From the IMG/VR virus record IMGVR_UViG_3300042312_000048, positions 1-53,430 of that record: a stretch of DNA of 53,430 nt; one strand, 5' to 3'. The position numbers were made by a program, and so were the translations under genes. This stretch comes from a virus. Its lineage: Duplodnaviria > Caudoviricetes. The notes beneath the pieces are model-generated. The model did no database searches. It saw only the letters and a list, made by a program, of their open reading frames with translations, and had not been told where the DNA came from. Positions 1-11,546 of the stretch are shown piece after piece (the first letter of the stretch is position 1; the number at the start of each line of letters is the position of its first letter).

Positions 1-3000
1 AAGTCCAGTTAATGTTCCTAAACTTGTTACGTTTGGTTGAGCCGCAGTAGTTAGTGTACCTGTTAATAGAGTACCGCTTACGTTTCCTGCGCTAACATTA
101 CCTGTTACACTCAATGATGTTAGTGTGCCAACGCTAGTGATGTTAGGTTGAGCCGCAGTTGTTACAGTACCTGCTGTAGTTGCCGCACCTGTCAATGCAC
201 CAACGAATGTTGTTGAAGTTACACTAGTTAAACCTGCTACTGTAGTAACAGTGCTTCCTAATGTAAGTGCAGTGTTTCCTAAAGTTACACTTGCGTTTGC
301 TAATCTTGCTTGTGCTAATGTACCAGTTGAAATATTACTTGCGTTCAATGCAGTTAGAGCAGAACCATTACCAGTAAATACACCTGTGTTTGCAGTAAAT
401 GCTACTGCCGTCACTGTGCCATTTACACCTAAGCCAGTTAGTGTACCAACTGAAGTAATATTAGGTTGTGCTGCTGTTGTTACAGTACCTGCAACTGTTG
501 CTGCTGGAACTGTACCTGTCACGTTAGCGCCAGTAATTGATGCTAGATTTGCACCTGACAAGCCTGCTGCGAATGTTGCGCTTGAACCTACTAGGCTGTT
601 CCAAGTACCAGTTGTTACTGTACCCAATGCTGTAACTTGTGTCTGTGAAGCATTTACGCTAAATGTTAGATTAGAAAGAGTTAAGCCGGTGCCTGCAAGA
701 TAAACTTGTGAACTACTGAACTGAGCGAATTCAATATTAGAAGTACCGAATGTGATTGTTCCAGTAGGAGCATCAAGAACATATGCACTACCTTTGTTGA
801 CACTACCACCGCTTACAAAGAAGTAATTGTTGAGACTCAATTCATCGGCACCAGGACCGTATGAATCAGCATCAGTTGCACGGGTGATAACTGTCGTGCT
901 TGTGTAAGTATAGACACCGTTATGCGCGGCGTTTGCTTCGTTCTTGACTAATATACGAGTACCAACTGTTTGAACGTTTGCTGTATCAATCAAGTTGAAT
1001 GTACCAGTAGTTGTCAATGTTGCACCAACACCTGCTGTACCGTTGTTATAAGTGATTGTTCCGCCAGTAGCACTAGCCAATGTACCAGTTGTGGCTGCTA
1101 TTACACCTTCGTGGTATACAAGAGCAGTACTTGCTAAATCATCAACATATTGCTTAGTTGCCGCGTCAGTACTTGCTACCGGAGTTGCAAGGTTAATAAT
1201 ATTGTTGCTGGTCATATCTAGATTACCAGCAATACTGCTTACACCTGTACCAGTTACACTTAGTACACCTGTAGTTGTTAAGTTACCTGCCGCAACGTTT
1301 GCTGTTACTGCTAGTGAACTTAGTGTACCAACACTTGTAATATTTGGCTGAGCGTTAGTATAAACTGTACTTGCAACAAGAGCATTGCCTACTTGACCAG
1401 TTACATTGCCACCTGCTAGTTGTGATAAACCACTACCATTGCCTGTGAATACACCTGTATTTGCTGTGATATTGGCAGCAGTGATATTGCCATTTACACC
1501 GAGACCTGTTAGCGTACCAAGACTTGTTACGTTAGGCTGTGCGGCAGTTGTCAATGTGCCAGTTAATAAACTTGCACCTATCGTGCCGCTGTTTGCGTAT
1601 ACATTACCAAATGTACCATTACCTGTTACTGCTACAGATGTTAGAGTGCCTAATGATGTAATATTTGGCTGTGCTGCATCATTGACAGTATTTGCTACGT
1701 TGCTTGTTGCAGCACGTAAATTTGCTACCACTGTGGTTGATGAAACTACTAATGGAGCAGTGCCGGTTGATACGTTTGATATTAACTGTGGGGCAGTTAC
1801 GTTAGCACTTGCTAGTACTTGAGCAGTACCAAGATTGCCAACATTAGCATTACCTGTCGCATTTAATGTTCCTGCTACATTTACGCCTGTGCTTGTGATT
1901 ACTAATTCATTTGGCGTACCAGTCGCAGAAATGTTTATATTGCCGTTAGCAGTAATACTAATATTACTATTACCGTTCTGTAACAATCCGCTATTGATCG
2001 TAGTGATATTACCGGTAGTGATTATGGCAGTTGCCGCGCCGATATTACCTACGTTTGCATTGCCTGTAGCATTCAAAGTACCTGCAATATTTGCGCCTGT
2101 AGTTGTTACAACTAATACATTAGCAGTGCCGCCTACATCAAAATTGATGTTACCGTTTGCTGCAGGAATTGATATATCTGAATTTCCGTTGGCTAGATTG
2201 CCTACAAAATTTGCTGCTGTAACATTGCCTGTCACTGCTAGGCTGACTAATGTACCAACTGAAGTTATATTTGGTTGTGCAGCAGTATATACGGTGCCTG
2301 CTACTAATGCGTTTGCTACTTGACCAGTGACGTTACCACCTGCAATCGCGCTTAAACCACTGCCGTTACCAGTAAACACGCCTGTGTTTGCCGTGATATT
2401 AACAGCATCAATGTTGCCGTTTACACCAAGACCAGTCAATGTGCCTACTGATGTGATATTTGGTTGTGCTGCTGTATAGACAGTACCTGCGACAAGGGCA
2501 TTTGCTACTTGACCAGTGACGTTACCACCGGTTATTGAACTTAGTGCTGAACCATTACCGCTTACATTTGTGAATGCACCGCTTGTTGCACTAACATTAC
2601 CTGCACTTACGTTACCTGTAACTGTTAATGATGACAATGTGCCTACACTAGTAATATTTGGTTGAGCCGCAGTTGTTAGTGTACCACCTAATGTAGTACC
2701 GCTGATGCCAGTTGCGCTGACATTGCCTGCACTTACGTTACCTGTAACTGCTAAACTTGTTAGTGTACCGACTGAAGTGATGTTAGGCTGTGCGGCTGTT
2801 GCTAATGTGCCTGTCAATAACGTACCGCTTAGATTACCTGCGCTGACATTACCTGTTACAGTAAGTGCTGATAGTGTACCGACTGAAGTGATATTAGGTT
2901 GTGCCGCTGTTGTCAATGTACCGGTTAATAGACTTGCTCCAACTGTACCGCTGTTCGCATAGACATTACCTGCTGTTGCATTACCTGTTACTGCTAGGCT

Positions 3001-5004
3001 TGATAATGTGCCAACACTTGTGATATTTGGTTGTGCGTTTGTATAAACTGTTCCAGCAACTAATGCGTTGCCTACTTGACCAGTTACATTAGCGCCGCCT
3101 AGTGCTGATAAGCCACTACCATTACCTGTAAATACGCCAGTATTTGCTGTGATATTGACAGCAGCAATGTTGCCATTTACACCAAGACCAGTCAATGTGC
3201 CTACTGATGTGATGTTTGGCTGTGCTGCTGTGACTACTGTACCGGCAGTTGTAGCGTTACCGCTAAGATTTGCTGTTACGATATTTGCGCTAAAGCTACC
3301 GTCTGCGTTACGAACAACTACAGTATTTGCTGTGGCTGCTGTTGCTGTGTCATAGCCATCCAATAAATCTGCGTTTAAATTTGTTACCTTAGTAGTTGAT
3401 GCCACAGTCAATGGAGCAGTACCAGTTGCTACGTTTGATTCTAATGTTGAAGCAACTACTTTGCCTGCTGTATTAACATTACCTGCGCTTGCATTACCAC
3501 TTACAGCAAGTGATGATAACGTGCCTAGGCTAGTAATGTTTGGTTGTGCTGCTGTATAAACTGTGCCGGCTACTAATGCATTTGCTACTTGACCACTAAT
3601 ATTACCTGAAGGAATATTTGTCAATCCTGCTGCATTACCGAAATATACGCCGGCGCGCAAGTTACCATATGTTGAGAAAGTAACTACTTCGTTTGTTATG
3701 CTTGCTTGACTTGCTAGACCGAACTCTGCGTTGCTGACATCCCAGCCCATAAACGCAATTTGTGCCTGACTGTCATAATAATTTAGAGCAGAACCTACGT
3801 CTTTACCGCTGTTACTTGTTGGTGCTGCACCGTTTGGTCCTGTTTGTAACTGAATGATTGGATCTTCTACAGAGAATGTTTCCACGTTTACATAGACAAG
3901 ATTGCCATCTACTGTTAAGTTACCTGTGATGATTGCGTTACCACTTACTGATAGATTACCGCCTGTAGATAAATTGCCTGCGCTTGCATTTCCAGTTACA
4001 GTAAGTGAACTTAATGTACCTACTGATGTTATATTTGGTTGTGCATTAGTTGTCAATGTGCCAGTTAGTAAACTTGCACCGATTGTGCCACTATTTGCAT
4101 ATACATTACCACCGGTAATATTACCTGTAACTGCTACAGCAGTTAATGTACCTAATGATGTAATATTTGGCTGTGCTGCGTCTGCTACAGTATTTGCCAC
4201 ATTGCTAGTGGCTGCACGTAAATTAGCAACTACAGTTGTTGAAGTAACAACTAAAGGTGCTGTCCCTGTTGAAACATTTGAAATAAGTTGTGGTGCAGTT
4301 ACGTTAGCACTTGCTAGTACTTGTGCAGTACCAAGATTACCAACATTAGCATTACCAGTTACAGTTAAACCTGTTAGAGAACCAACACTAGTGATATTTG
4401 GTTGGGCAGCAGTATAAACTGTACCGGCAACTAATGCATTAGCAACTTGACCAGTGATGTTGCCTGCTGTAACATTACTAATGTTTCCACCTTCACCTTT
4501 GAGTGTTTGCGCGCCTATAGTACCAGTATTTGCCCATACATTACCTGATGTAATATGTGTTGTGGCGTTAAGATTATTGGCATCTAGATTTGCACTAACT
4601 GTAACTAAATTACTTGACTTGTTGAAAGTGAATGCTGCTGAACCACCGAATGATTCATCATCATTGAATTGAATTTGAGTGTTGCTACCACCTGGGTCAC
4701 TTAGATCCCAAGGTACGCCGTTTGAATATAGTAGGTTATCTGTTTTGACGTTGCCTGCTGCGATATTACCGCTTACTGTTAGAATGTTATTGTTGAAATC
4801 GTATGTGAATGCTGCTTCACCTGTTAAAGCAGTACCATTTATAAAGACTACTTGTGCGTTAGATGCGGCTACTGTTGGAAAATTTTCAACATTTCCATCA
4901 CTAGTTTTGACACTCAACGTGTCACTATCATCTAAGAAAATAGTACCTTTACCGGCTGGGGGTGTTGGTACTGTGTTCGCTGCGTTCTGTTTTAAAATTA
5001 GCAT
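1..5004 (-). CDS. Very large fibre-like virion structural protein (>1668 aa, truncated at window edge; missing from ORF track)
   Basis: ATG at 5004 with AGGAG at 5018-5014; begins MLILKQNAANTVPTPPAGKGTIFLDD; same frame reads AAQPNVTSLGTLTGL at positions 45-1; many TxAQPNITSVGTL repeats, NADLLDG motif, modules shared with neighbouring genes. Frame checked at both ends, not codon by codon. Confidence 0.88.
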   Translation of the reverse strand, partial: MLILKQNAANTVPTPPAGKGTIFLDDSDTLSVKTSDGNVENFPTVAASNAQVVFINGTALTGEAAFTYDFNNNILTVSGNIAAGNVKTDNLLYSNGVPWDLSDPGGSNTQIQFNDDESFGGSAAFTFNKSSNLVTVSANLDANNLNATTHITSGNVWANTGTIGAQTLKGEGGNISNVTAGNITGQVANALVAGTVYTAAQPNITSVGSLTGLTVTGNANVGNLGTAQVLASANVTAPQLISNVSTGTAPLVVTSTTVVANLRAATSNVANTVADAAQPNITSLGTLTAVAVTGNITGGNVYANSGTIGASLLTGTLTTNAQPNITSVGTLSSLTVTGNASAGNLSTGGNLSVSGNAIITGNLTVDGNLVYVNVETFSVEDPIIQLQTGPNGAAPTSNSGKDVGSALNYYDSQAQIAFMGWDVSNAEFGLASQASITNEVVTFSTYGNLRAGVYFGNAAGLTNIPSGNISGQVANALVAGTVYTAAQPNITSLGTLSSLAVSGNASAGNVNTAGKVVASTLESNVATGTAPLTVASTTKVTNLNADLLDGYDTATAATANTVVVRNADGSFSANIVTANLSGNATTAGTVVTAAQPNITSVGTLTGLGVNGNIAAVNITANTGVFTGNGSGLSALGGANVTGQVGNALVAGTVYTNAQPNITSVGTLSSLAVTGNATAGNVYANSGTVGASLLTGTLTTAAQPNITSVGTLSALTVTGNVSAGNLSGTLLTGTLATAAQPNITSVGTLTSLAVTGNVSAGNVSATGISGTTLGGTLTTAAQPNITSVGTLSSLTVTGNVSAGNVSATSGAFTNVSGNGSALSSITGGNVTGQVANALVAGTVYTAAQPNITSVGTLTGLGVNGNIDAVNITANTGVFTGNGSGLSAIAGGNVTGQVANALVAGTVYTAAQPNITSVGTLVSLAVTGNVTAANFVGNLANGNSDISIPAANGNINFDVGGTANVLVVTTTGANIAGTLNATGNANVGNIGAATAIITTGNITTINSGLLQNGNSNISITANGNINISATGTPNELVITSTGVNVAGTLNATGNANVGNLGTAQVLASANVTAPQLISNVSTGTAPLVVSSTTVVANLRAATSNVANTVNDAAQPNITSLGTLTSVAVTGNGTFGNVYANSGTIGASLLTGTLTTAAQPNVTSLGTLTGLGVNGNITAANITANTGVFTGNGSGLSQLAGGNVTGQVGNALVASTVYTNAQPNITSVGTLSSLAVTANVAAGNLTTTGVLSVTGTGVSSIAGNLDMTSNNIINLATPVASTDAATKQYVDDLASTALVYHEGVIAATTGTLASATGGTITYNNGTAGVGATLTTTGTFNLIDTANVQTVGTRILVKNEANAAHNGVYTYTSTTVITRATDADSYGPGADELSLNNYFFVSGGSVNKGSAYVLDAPTGTITFGTSNIEFAQFSSSQVYLAGTGLTLSNLTFSVNASQTQVTALGTVTTGTWNSLVGSSATFAAGLSGANLASITGANVTGTVPAATVAGTVTTAAQPNITSVGTLTGLGVNGTVTAVAFTANTGVFTGNGSALTALNASNISTGTLAQARLANASVTLGNTALTLGSTVTTVAGLTSVTSTTFVGALTGAATTAGTVTTAAQPNITSVGTLTSLSVTGNVSAGNVSGTLLTGTLTTAAQPNVTSLGTLTGL

Positions 5005-5049
5005 TTGTCAAATCTCCTACTATAATAGACACTCTCTACTATATTGTTG

Positions 5050-5057
5050 TATTTATC
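5050..5057 (-). promoter_or_regulatory. T4-type late promoter box GATAAATA
   Basis: One mismatch to TATAAATA, intergenic, upstream of ATG 5004; gp55 encoded in window. Confidence 0.7.
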
Positions 5058-5068
5058 TCAATTCATTG

Positions 5069-5686
5069 TTATCTACTTGTGATCGCAGCATTATCGCCTA
5101 CATAAGACCAGCGACTATTTGTTGCGTCCCAAAAAACTAATTGTCCTATAGGACTACTATCATTTAGTACTGCTAGTTGTCCTAATACTCCTGTAATAGC
5201 TCCCAATTCTGCTTTACTATACGCAGGAAATCTAAAAAATGCTCCCACACTAATACTTCCTGGAACATTCATATTTCCTGATGTTTTATTAAAGGTAAAT
5301 CCGTTATTTCCTGCCGGATTACCTTGATCATTAAAACTTATTTGAGCGTTGCTGCCCGGTGCGCCTTGCCCGCTGACATCAACAAGTACGCCGTCAATTT
5401 CTAAATTACCATTAATGGTTAGCGGAGTACCAAATAAGCCTTGGTAATTTGATCTAATAGTAAGTGTATTGCCTTCGTCTACCACTATTGGCATGGGGTC
5501 AGCTGGTACCGAGGCTGAGGCATCAGCCCAACTTAAGGTACCATTACCGTTGGTGCTAAGGAAATAGCCACTATTTCCGCCGGATATATGTAGGTTGCTG
5601 ACATTGCCTAATGTTACATTGGCGTCACTGACAAGAATATTGCCGGTCGTCAGACCTTGTTTAACGTTAAAATACTTAGTAGTCAC
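5069..5686 (-). CDS. Short fibre-family structural protein (205 aa)
   Basis: GTG start; N-terminal FNVKQGLTTG peptide; GSNAQISFN..GFTFN module and PMP..QGL..P.TI.G.L..DG.LV module shared with 9328..11526. Confidence 0.8.
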   Translation of the reverse strand: MTTKYFNVKQGLTTGNILVSDANVTLGNVSNLHISGGNSGYFLSTNGNGTLSWADASASVPADPMPIVVDEGNTLTIRSNYQGLFGTPLTINGNLEIDGVLVDVSGQGAPGSNAQISFNDQGNPAGNNGFTFNKTSGNMNVPGSISVGAFFRFPAYSKAELGAITGVLGQLAVLNDSSPIGQLVFWDATNSRWSYVGDNAAITSR

Positions 5687-5738
5687 AGTTCCATATATCC
5701 CTGTTATACTAAACCAGATTTTTTAGCCTAGTCTAATA

Positions 5739-8700
5739 TTATGTTTTTATATAACTACTTACAAGGTTCACATAGCAATTATCGCTACCTGAAGCCGCAT
5801 AAACAGTTACGTTTCCACTTACTCCATCAATATTTGCTGATAGTTCAATTAAGTCTGCACTTACATTAGAACATACTGAACCATAAATTGTAATATAAGC
5901 AGTTGTACCGTCATGTACAAGTAGAGTTTCAACTGACTGATATCCGTCGTCTCCGCTTGCGCTAATTACATACTTAGCAGTTCTCCAATCTGTCGGTGCA
6001 AATTGATCTATCACTGTTGCTGATGCGCCTACTGCAACGTTTGCACGATTGCTTGTGATACCAACTTGTACCTTGACGTTTCCACCAACAACTGCATTAC
6101 CTGAAGTTGTTAGACTTGTTAGGGTACCAACACTTGTTACGTTTGGCTGTGCTGCTGTTGTCAATGTACCTGTTAGCAAGTTTGCACTGACAAGATTTGC
6201 ACCGCTTAGTGTTGCTTCTGCACCACTCATTGATATATTGCCGTTTGCAGCAATAGTCAAGCTAGTCAAACTACCAACGCTTGTGACGTTTGGTTGACTT
6301 GCAGTTGTCAATGTACCAGTCAATAAATTTGCGCCAACTGTACCGCTGTTTGCAAAGATATTGCCACCAGTAATTGTACCACTTACTGCCAATGATGATA
6401 ATGTACCAACACTAGTAATGTTTGGTTGTGCAGCAGTTGTTAGAGTGCCACCTAATGTTGTACCACTTATATCAGTTGCAGTGATATTACCTGCTGATAG
6501 ATTAGCAGTTACGTTAGCGTAACCATTGATGTTTGCACCAGTGCCTGTAAACACAGCAACTGCACTATTACCTGCTACGCTGATTGTTACGTTACCGTTT
6601 GCTGCTACTGAAACATTACTGTTGCCATTAGCGATCAATGATGTGTCAATGCCTGTCAAGAATGCGCCATTACCGATAAAGTAATTTGCACTCAAGTTAC
6701 CGTCACTATTACGTAATGCGATAGTATTTGCTGTATTTGAAGTTGAACTATCAAAACCATCAAGTAAATCAGCGTTCAAGTTAGCAACTTTAGTTGTTGA
6801 ACTTACTAGTAACGGTGCTGTACCTGTTGATATATTTGATATGAACTGTGGTGCAGTTACATTAGCACTTGCTAATACTTGTGCAGTACCAAGATTACCG
6901 ACGTTCGCATTACCAGTTACACTTAGTGCGCCACCTGTTGTCAAGTTACCGGCAGCAACGTTTGCTGTTACAGTTAGTGATGACAATGTGCCAACTGATG
7001 TAATATTTGGTTGTGCTGCTGTTGTTAATGTACCTGCAACAAAGTTAGCAGTTACAAGATTACCACCGTCAACATTTGCTGCTGCTAGATTACCAGTAAC
7101 AGTTAGTGATGATAGATTACCAACACTAGTGATGTTTGGTTGAGCAGCAGTTGTCAATGTACCTGCAACAAAGTTTGCAGTCAACAAATTGCCTGCATTG
7201 ATGTTGCCTGCACTTGCATTACCACTTACATCAAGTGATGATAATGTGCCAACACTTGTGATATTTGGTTGTGCTGCTGTAGTCAATGTACCTGCAACAA
7301 AATTTGCTGTCAATAAGTTGCCAGCATTGACATTACCTGCACCAATATTGCCGCTTACAGTCAATGAACCAAGTGTACCAACACTTGTCAAACTTGAATT
7401 TACAATGTTTGCATTTAGTGTTGTGCCACTTAGGTTAGCAGCATTAGCAGTGATCGCAGTGTTTGCTGCTGCTGTCAATTGACCTTGAGCATTTACAGTA
7501 AATGTAGCAACATAGTCGCCATTACCATATGCGCCCGCTGTCACAGCAGTATTGCTTATGCTGAACTCTGTACCATTTAGTGTTAGACCAGTGCCTGCTG
7601 TATATGTACCAGCACCTGAGAATTGTACCCAGTTTACATTAGTTGTACCTACAGTTGTTACTGGATCAGTCATTACCCAACCAGTATCGTTATATAATGT
7701 ACCTTGTTGTATGAATGTGAAGTCACCGCCACCCATCTCAGTTGGCGTGTCAAAATCAGTTGCTCTTGTTAGAACAGTGCTGCTTGTATATGTGTAGATA
7801 CCATTATGTGCGGCATTTGCTTCGTTCTTGACAAGAATTCTTGTGCCAACTGTAGCAATGTTTACACCATCAATAGTTGCGTATGTGCCTGTAGTTGTCA
7901 ATGTTGCGCCAACACCGCTACTACCGTTATTATATGTGACAGTACCGCTTGATATTGTTGCTAATGTGTTTGGTGTTGCTGCTGCGCAAGGTGCATGTAT
8001 GTGCAAGCCTTCAACTGCCGCGTCAACATAACCTTTAGTTGCTGCGTCAGTGCTTGCTACTGGTGTAGCAACGTTTGATATTATTTTGCTCCATACATCA
8101 ACTGTACCAGTGCCGCTTGGTTTTAGTTCAATGTCTTGGTTACTTCCAGCAGCAGCGATTGTTACGCCTGATGTTCTACCAACAATCAAATCTGTTACAA
8201 CGTTTGCGCTTGTTAGAATGTTACCAGTTACTTCAAGTGCTGATAGATTACCTAAACTTGTGATGTTTGGTTGTGCTGCTGTTGTTAGTGTACCTGCAAT
8301 ATAGTTTGCAGTGACTAAGTTACCACCATTTACATTGCCTGCACCAACGTTGCCAGTTACATCAAGTGAACTTAGTGTGCCTACTGATGTTATATTTGGC
8401 TGTGCTGCTGTAGTCAATGTACCTGCAACAAAGTTTGCTGTCAATAAGTTGCCAGCATTGACATTACCGCCTAAAATGTTGCCAACTACTGCTAAGTTTT
8501 GTGATACGTTTACATAGTTTGCTGTTGCAAGATTACCAAGAGCAGCATTCTGTGAACTAATGTTACCACCAACTGTTAGAACATTTGATGTCTTGTTGAA
8601 AGTGAATGCATTGCTGCCGCCTAAGATGCCACCGTCGTTGAATTGAACGTCAGTATTTGCACCTTGTGCTGCGATATTACCTGTAATGTTGCCTGCTACG

Positions 8701-9311
8701 TTACCAACAAATGTTGGTGCAGTTACATTTGCTGGGAAAGCAACTACGCCGTTAGCATAGAAGTTTGTAACATTTGTATTTGCAGTGATAGTTAGGGCTG
8801 CACTACCTGAGTTGATATTGGCAGCATTTACATGACCAGTTACATTTGCATTGCCTGTTACTGCTAGGGTATCAGTAGCAGTATTGAATGTAAAATTAGC
8901 ACTTGCGCCAAAATCATTATTATTATTGAACTGAATCTGTGTGTTGCTTCCTGCTGCTTGCTGGAAGTCAACTGGACTACCGTTTGCATAGTAGTAGTTG
9001 TTAGTTAAAATTCCGCCAACTGCTGCATTACCAGTTACTGTGAGTGCGCTAAGATTACCAACACTAGTGATATTTGGTTGCGCATTAGTTGTGACCGTTC
9101 CTGCTGTAACCGATACGTTTGCATTTGGTACAGTACCTACAACGTTTGCACCTTGTATGTTGAATAATGCATTGCCATTGCCTTGGAAGAAATTAGCAAC
9201 TGCTAAGTTACCAAGATTAGCGTTTGTGACTGTAAGATTACCAGTAGCTGCATCAATTGTTGTGTTGCCTACTGTAAGACCATTTTTTACGACAAAATTT
9301 TTGATTGCCAT
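5739..9311 (-). CDS. Fibre-like virion structural protein (1190 aa)
   Basis: N-terminal FVVKNGLTVG; TLTTAAQPNITSVGTL repeats; DAATKGYVD..RILVKNE..NGIY..LTRATDFD domain; C-terminal RTAKYVIS..LLVHDG domain. Confidence 0.85.
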   Translation of the reverse strand: MAIKNFVVKNGLTVGNTTIDAATGNLTVTNANLGNLAVANFFQGNGNALFNIQGANVVGTVPNANVSVTAGTVTTNAQPNITSVGNLSALTVTGNAAVGGILTNNYYYANGSPVDFQQAAGSNTQIQFNNNNDFGASANFTFNTATDTLAVTGNANVTGHVNAANINSGSAALTITANTNVTNFYANGVVAFPANVTAPTFVGNVAGNITGNIAAQGANTDVQFNDGGILGGSNAFTFNKTSNVLTVGGNISSQNAALGNLATANYVNVSQNLAVVGNILGGNVNAGNLLTANFVAGTLTTAAQPNITSVGTLSSLDVTGNVGAGNVNGGNLVTANYIAGTLTTAAQPNITSLGNLSALEVTGNILTSANVVTDLIVGRTSGVTIAAAGSNQDIELKPSGTGTVDVWSKIISNVATPVASTDAATKGYVDAAVEGLHIHAPCAAATPNTLATISSGTVTYNNGSSGVGATLTTTGTYATIDGVNIATVGTRILVKNEANAAHNGIYTYTSSTVLTRATDFDTPTEMGGGDFTFIQQGTLYNDTGWVMTDPVTTVGTTNVNWVQFSGAGTYTAGTGLTLNGTEFSISNTAVTAGAYGNGDYVATFTVNAQGQLTAAANTAITANAANLSGTTLNANIVNSSLTSVGTLGSLTVSGNIGAGNVNAGNLLTANFVAGTLTTAAQPNITSVGTLSSLDVSGNASAGNINAGNLLTANFVAGTLTTAAQPNITSVGNLSSLTVTGNLAAANVDGGNLVTANFVAGTLTTAAQPNITSVGTLSSLTVTANVAAGNLTTGGALSVTGNANVGNLGTAQVLASANVTAPQFISNISTGTAPLLVSSTTKVANLNADLLDGFDSSTSNTANTIALRNSDGNLSANYFIGNGAFLTGIDTSLIANGNSNVSVAANGNVTISVAGNSAVAVFTGTGANINGYANVTANLSAGNITATDISGTTLGGTLTTAAQPNITSVGTLSSLAVSGTITGGNIFANSGTVGANLLTGTLTTASQPNVTSVGSLTSLTIAANGNISMSGAEATLSGANLVSANLLTGTLTTAAQPNVTSVGTLTSLTTSGNAVVGGNVKVQVGITSNRANVAVGASATVIDQFAPTDWRTAKYVISASGDDGYQSVETLLVHDGTTAYITIYGSVCSNVSADLIELSANIDGVSGNVTVYAASGSDNCYVNLVSSYIKT

Positions 9312-9327
9312 TTTATTTTATCCTATT

Positions 9328-11526
9328 TTAGTTGGAAACATATGTTCCTATTAGTTTTATTACTGTGTTAGCTGCTAGTCCCGTAGCACGTAGTTCTACG
9401 TTACCGCTGCTGATTCCTGTTGACATTGTAACGGTATTACCGCCACCGTCATTGATAGCGCCATAAACTGTTATGAAACTATTTATGTCATTATGTATCA
9501 AAAGCACTTCTAGGCTTTCATATCCATCATCATTCTGACTGCTTACAACATATTTTGCTGTTCTATAAGCGTTGGCTGCAAAGCTGTCTATCACTGTAAG
9601 TGTAGTTACAGGTACGCTTGTACGTTTGCTTACAATACTATGTGTTATTGTAGTGTTAGCATCTACTATATTGCTTAATGTGTTGCCGGATACAGTAAGA
9701 TTTCCTAGTGTACCTACTGAAGTAATGTTTGGTTGTGCTGCGGTTGTTAGCGTACCAGTTATTAGATTTGCGCTTATATTACCAGTTGTTGTAAAACTAT
9801 TTGCTATTAGATTACCACGAACAGTAACATTGCCTGTCGTGCTGCCCATAGTAATGTTTGCAGCAAGTCCTAAATTTATGTCTGTTGGGCCGCTTGTGAA
9901 GATTCCACCTGCACCAGTCGCGCTATTATATGCTAGATAAGCACCATTAACGCTTACGCAACCGCTAGTTGATACCAAGAAATTTGCTGAGATCGTATTT
10001 GCACCAGAAACATTACCGGGAGATATATTACCTAATACTGTCAATGAACTTAATGTACCTAGCGTTGTGATATTGCTTTGTGTGGCCGTTGTTAAACTAC
10101 CGGAAATGGTTGTTGCTTCAATATTACCTTTAAATGTCTGCGCACGAACATTACCTAATGTAGTAAATGTGACAACTTCGCTGCTAATACTTGTCTGGCT
10201 ACCAAACGCAAATTCTGCGTTGCTAGTGTCCCAACCCATGAATGCTACACGGGCTTGAGTATCATAATAGTTTAATGCTGAACCAACATCTTTCCCTGAA
10301 TTGCTTGTAGGTGCTGCACCGTTTGCACCAGTCTGTAAATTTATGATAGGATCTTCTATTGATAATTCTTCAACATTGATATAAACGAGATTACCATTAA
10401 CTGTTAGATTGCCATTTACTATTGCATTATTACTAACATTTAAATCTGTCACATTTGCTGTACCAGCAAGTGTCAATAAATTAGTAGTCTTGTTAAATGT
10501 GAAATTTGCTGTAGCAGCAAAATTACCATCATCATTAAATTGAACCTGTGTATTGCTACCGCCCGGGTCCTGGCCGAAATTCCATGCAGTGCCGTTGGCA
10601 TAATACAGATTATCTGTTTTGACACCGCCAGTAGTCAAGTTGCCTGAAAAATTTGCTGTATTTCCTATAATAACATTACCGGTAACGTTACCACCATTGG
10701 CTATAATATTTCCATTTACTACTAGATTACCGTCGTAGTCAATACCATTGCTAGTAAGAATTAATATATTGGCAGTGCCGCCGACACCAAAACGAATATC
10801 GCTATTAAGGTCAATAGTAATGTTACTAGTACCATTTTCAATAATTGAAGTGTTCGCATCTCCGGTCACTGCAATCGTGGCTCCACTGCCACTTTCTAAA
10901 ATAATCTGATTATTTGAGGTAGTGATAACGCTGTCGCCGATGTAAATTGTATTACCACCAAAATAACCATTACGCCATCTTTTATTTGCTGAACCCAAAT
11001 CATAAACATCGTCAGTAAAAGGTATAATACTACCGGTTATATTAATATTTCCAGGAACATTTAAATTACCATTATATGCTAAAAATGTAAATCCTGTGTT
11101 CCCTGTAGCAGTTCCATTAGTATCAAATAATACTTGAGTTGGGTTTGACTGAATACTGTCTTGTATTTCAACCAAAATACCATCTACAGTAAGATCACCG
11201 TCAATAGTGATTGGTTGAGTATATAATCCCTGAAAATTCTCATTTACAATAAAGGATTGACCTGTAGGGATCAAATATGGCATGGGAGCAGCACGATTGC
11301 TTGATATATTACCTACATCATCCCACGATAAATTTCCTGCACCGTCAGTAGATAAAAATTGACCAGTATTACCACCTAATATTGTAATGTTTCCAACATT
11401 GCCTAAGTTGGACTGGCCATTAGCAGTAAAGTTGATGGTTGATACGTCACCGTTAGCCTGTATGATAGTGACTGCAGGATCCCCTGTTGAGAATCCTGCT
11501 ATGGAATTTAACGGTCGTAACGCCAT
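9328..11526 (-). CDS. Fibre-like virion structural protein (732 aa)
   Basis: Same repeat families; YDLGS...RW fibre motif; C-terminal YRTAKYVVS..LLIHND domain paralogous to 5739..9311. Confidence 0.85.
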   Translation of the reverse strand: MALRPLNSIAGFSTGDPAVTIIQANGDVSTINFTANGQSNLGNVGNITILGGNTGQFLSTDGAGNLSWDDVGNISSNRAAPMPYLIPTGQSFIVNENFQGLYTQPITIDGDLTVDGILVEIQDSIQSNPTQVLFDTNGTATGNTGFTFLAYNGNLNVPGNINITGSIIPFTDDVYDLGSANKRWRNGYFGGNTIYIGDSVITTSNNQIILESGSGATIAVTGDANTSIIENGTSNITIDLNSDIRFGVGGTANILILTSNGIDYDGNLVVNGNIIANGGNVTGNVIIGNTANFSGNLTTGGVKTDNLYYANGTAWNFGQDPGGSNTQVQFNDDGNFAATANFTFNKTTNLLTLAGTANVTDLNVSNNAIVNGNLTVNGNLVYINVEELSIEDPIINLQTGANGAAPTSNSGKDVGSALNYYDTQARVAFMGWDTSNAEFAFGSQTSISSEVVTFTTLGNVRAQTFKGNIEATTISGSLTTATQSNITTLGTLSSLTVLGNISPGNVSGANTISANFLVSTSGCVSVNGAYLAYNSATGAGGIFTSGPTDINLGLAANITMGSTTGNVTVRGNLIANSFTTTGNISANLITGTLTTAAQPNITSVGTLGNLTVSGNTLSNIVDANTTITHSIVSKRTSVPVTTLTVIDSFAANAYRTAKYVVSSQNDDGYESLEVLLIHNDINSFITVYGAINDGGGNTVTMSTGISSGNVELRATGLAANTVIKLIGTYVSN

Positions 11527-11546
11527 CTTTTACCTATACCCTTTAA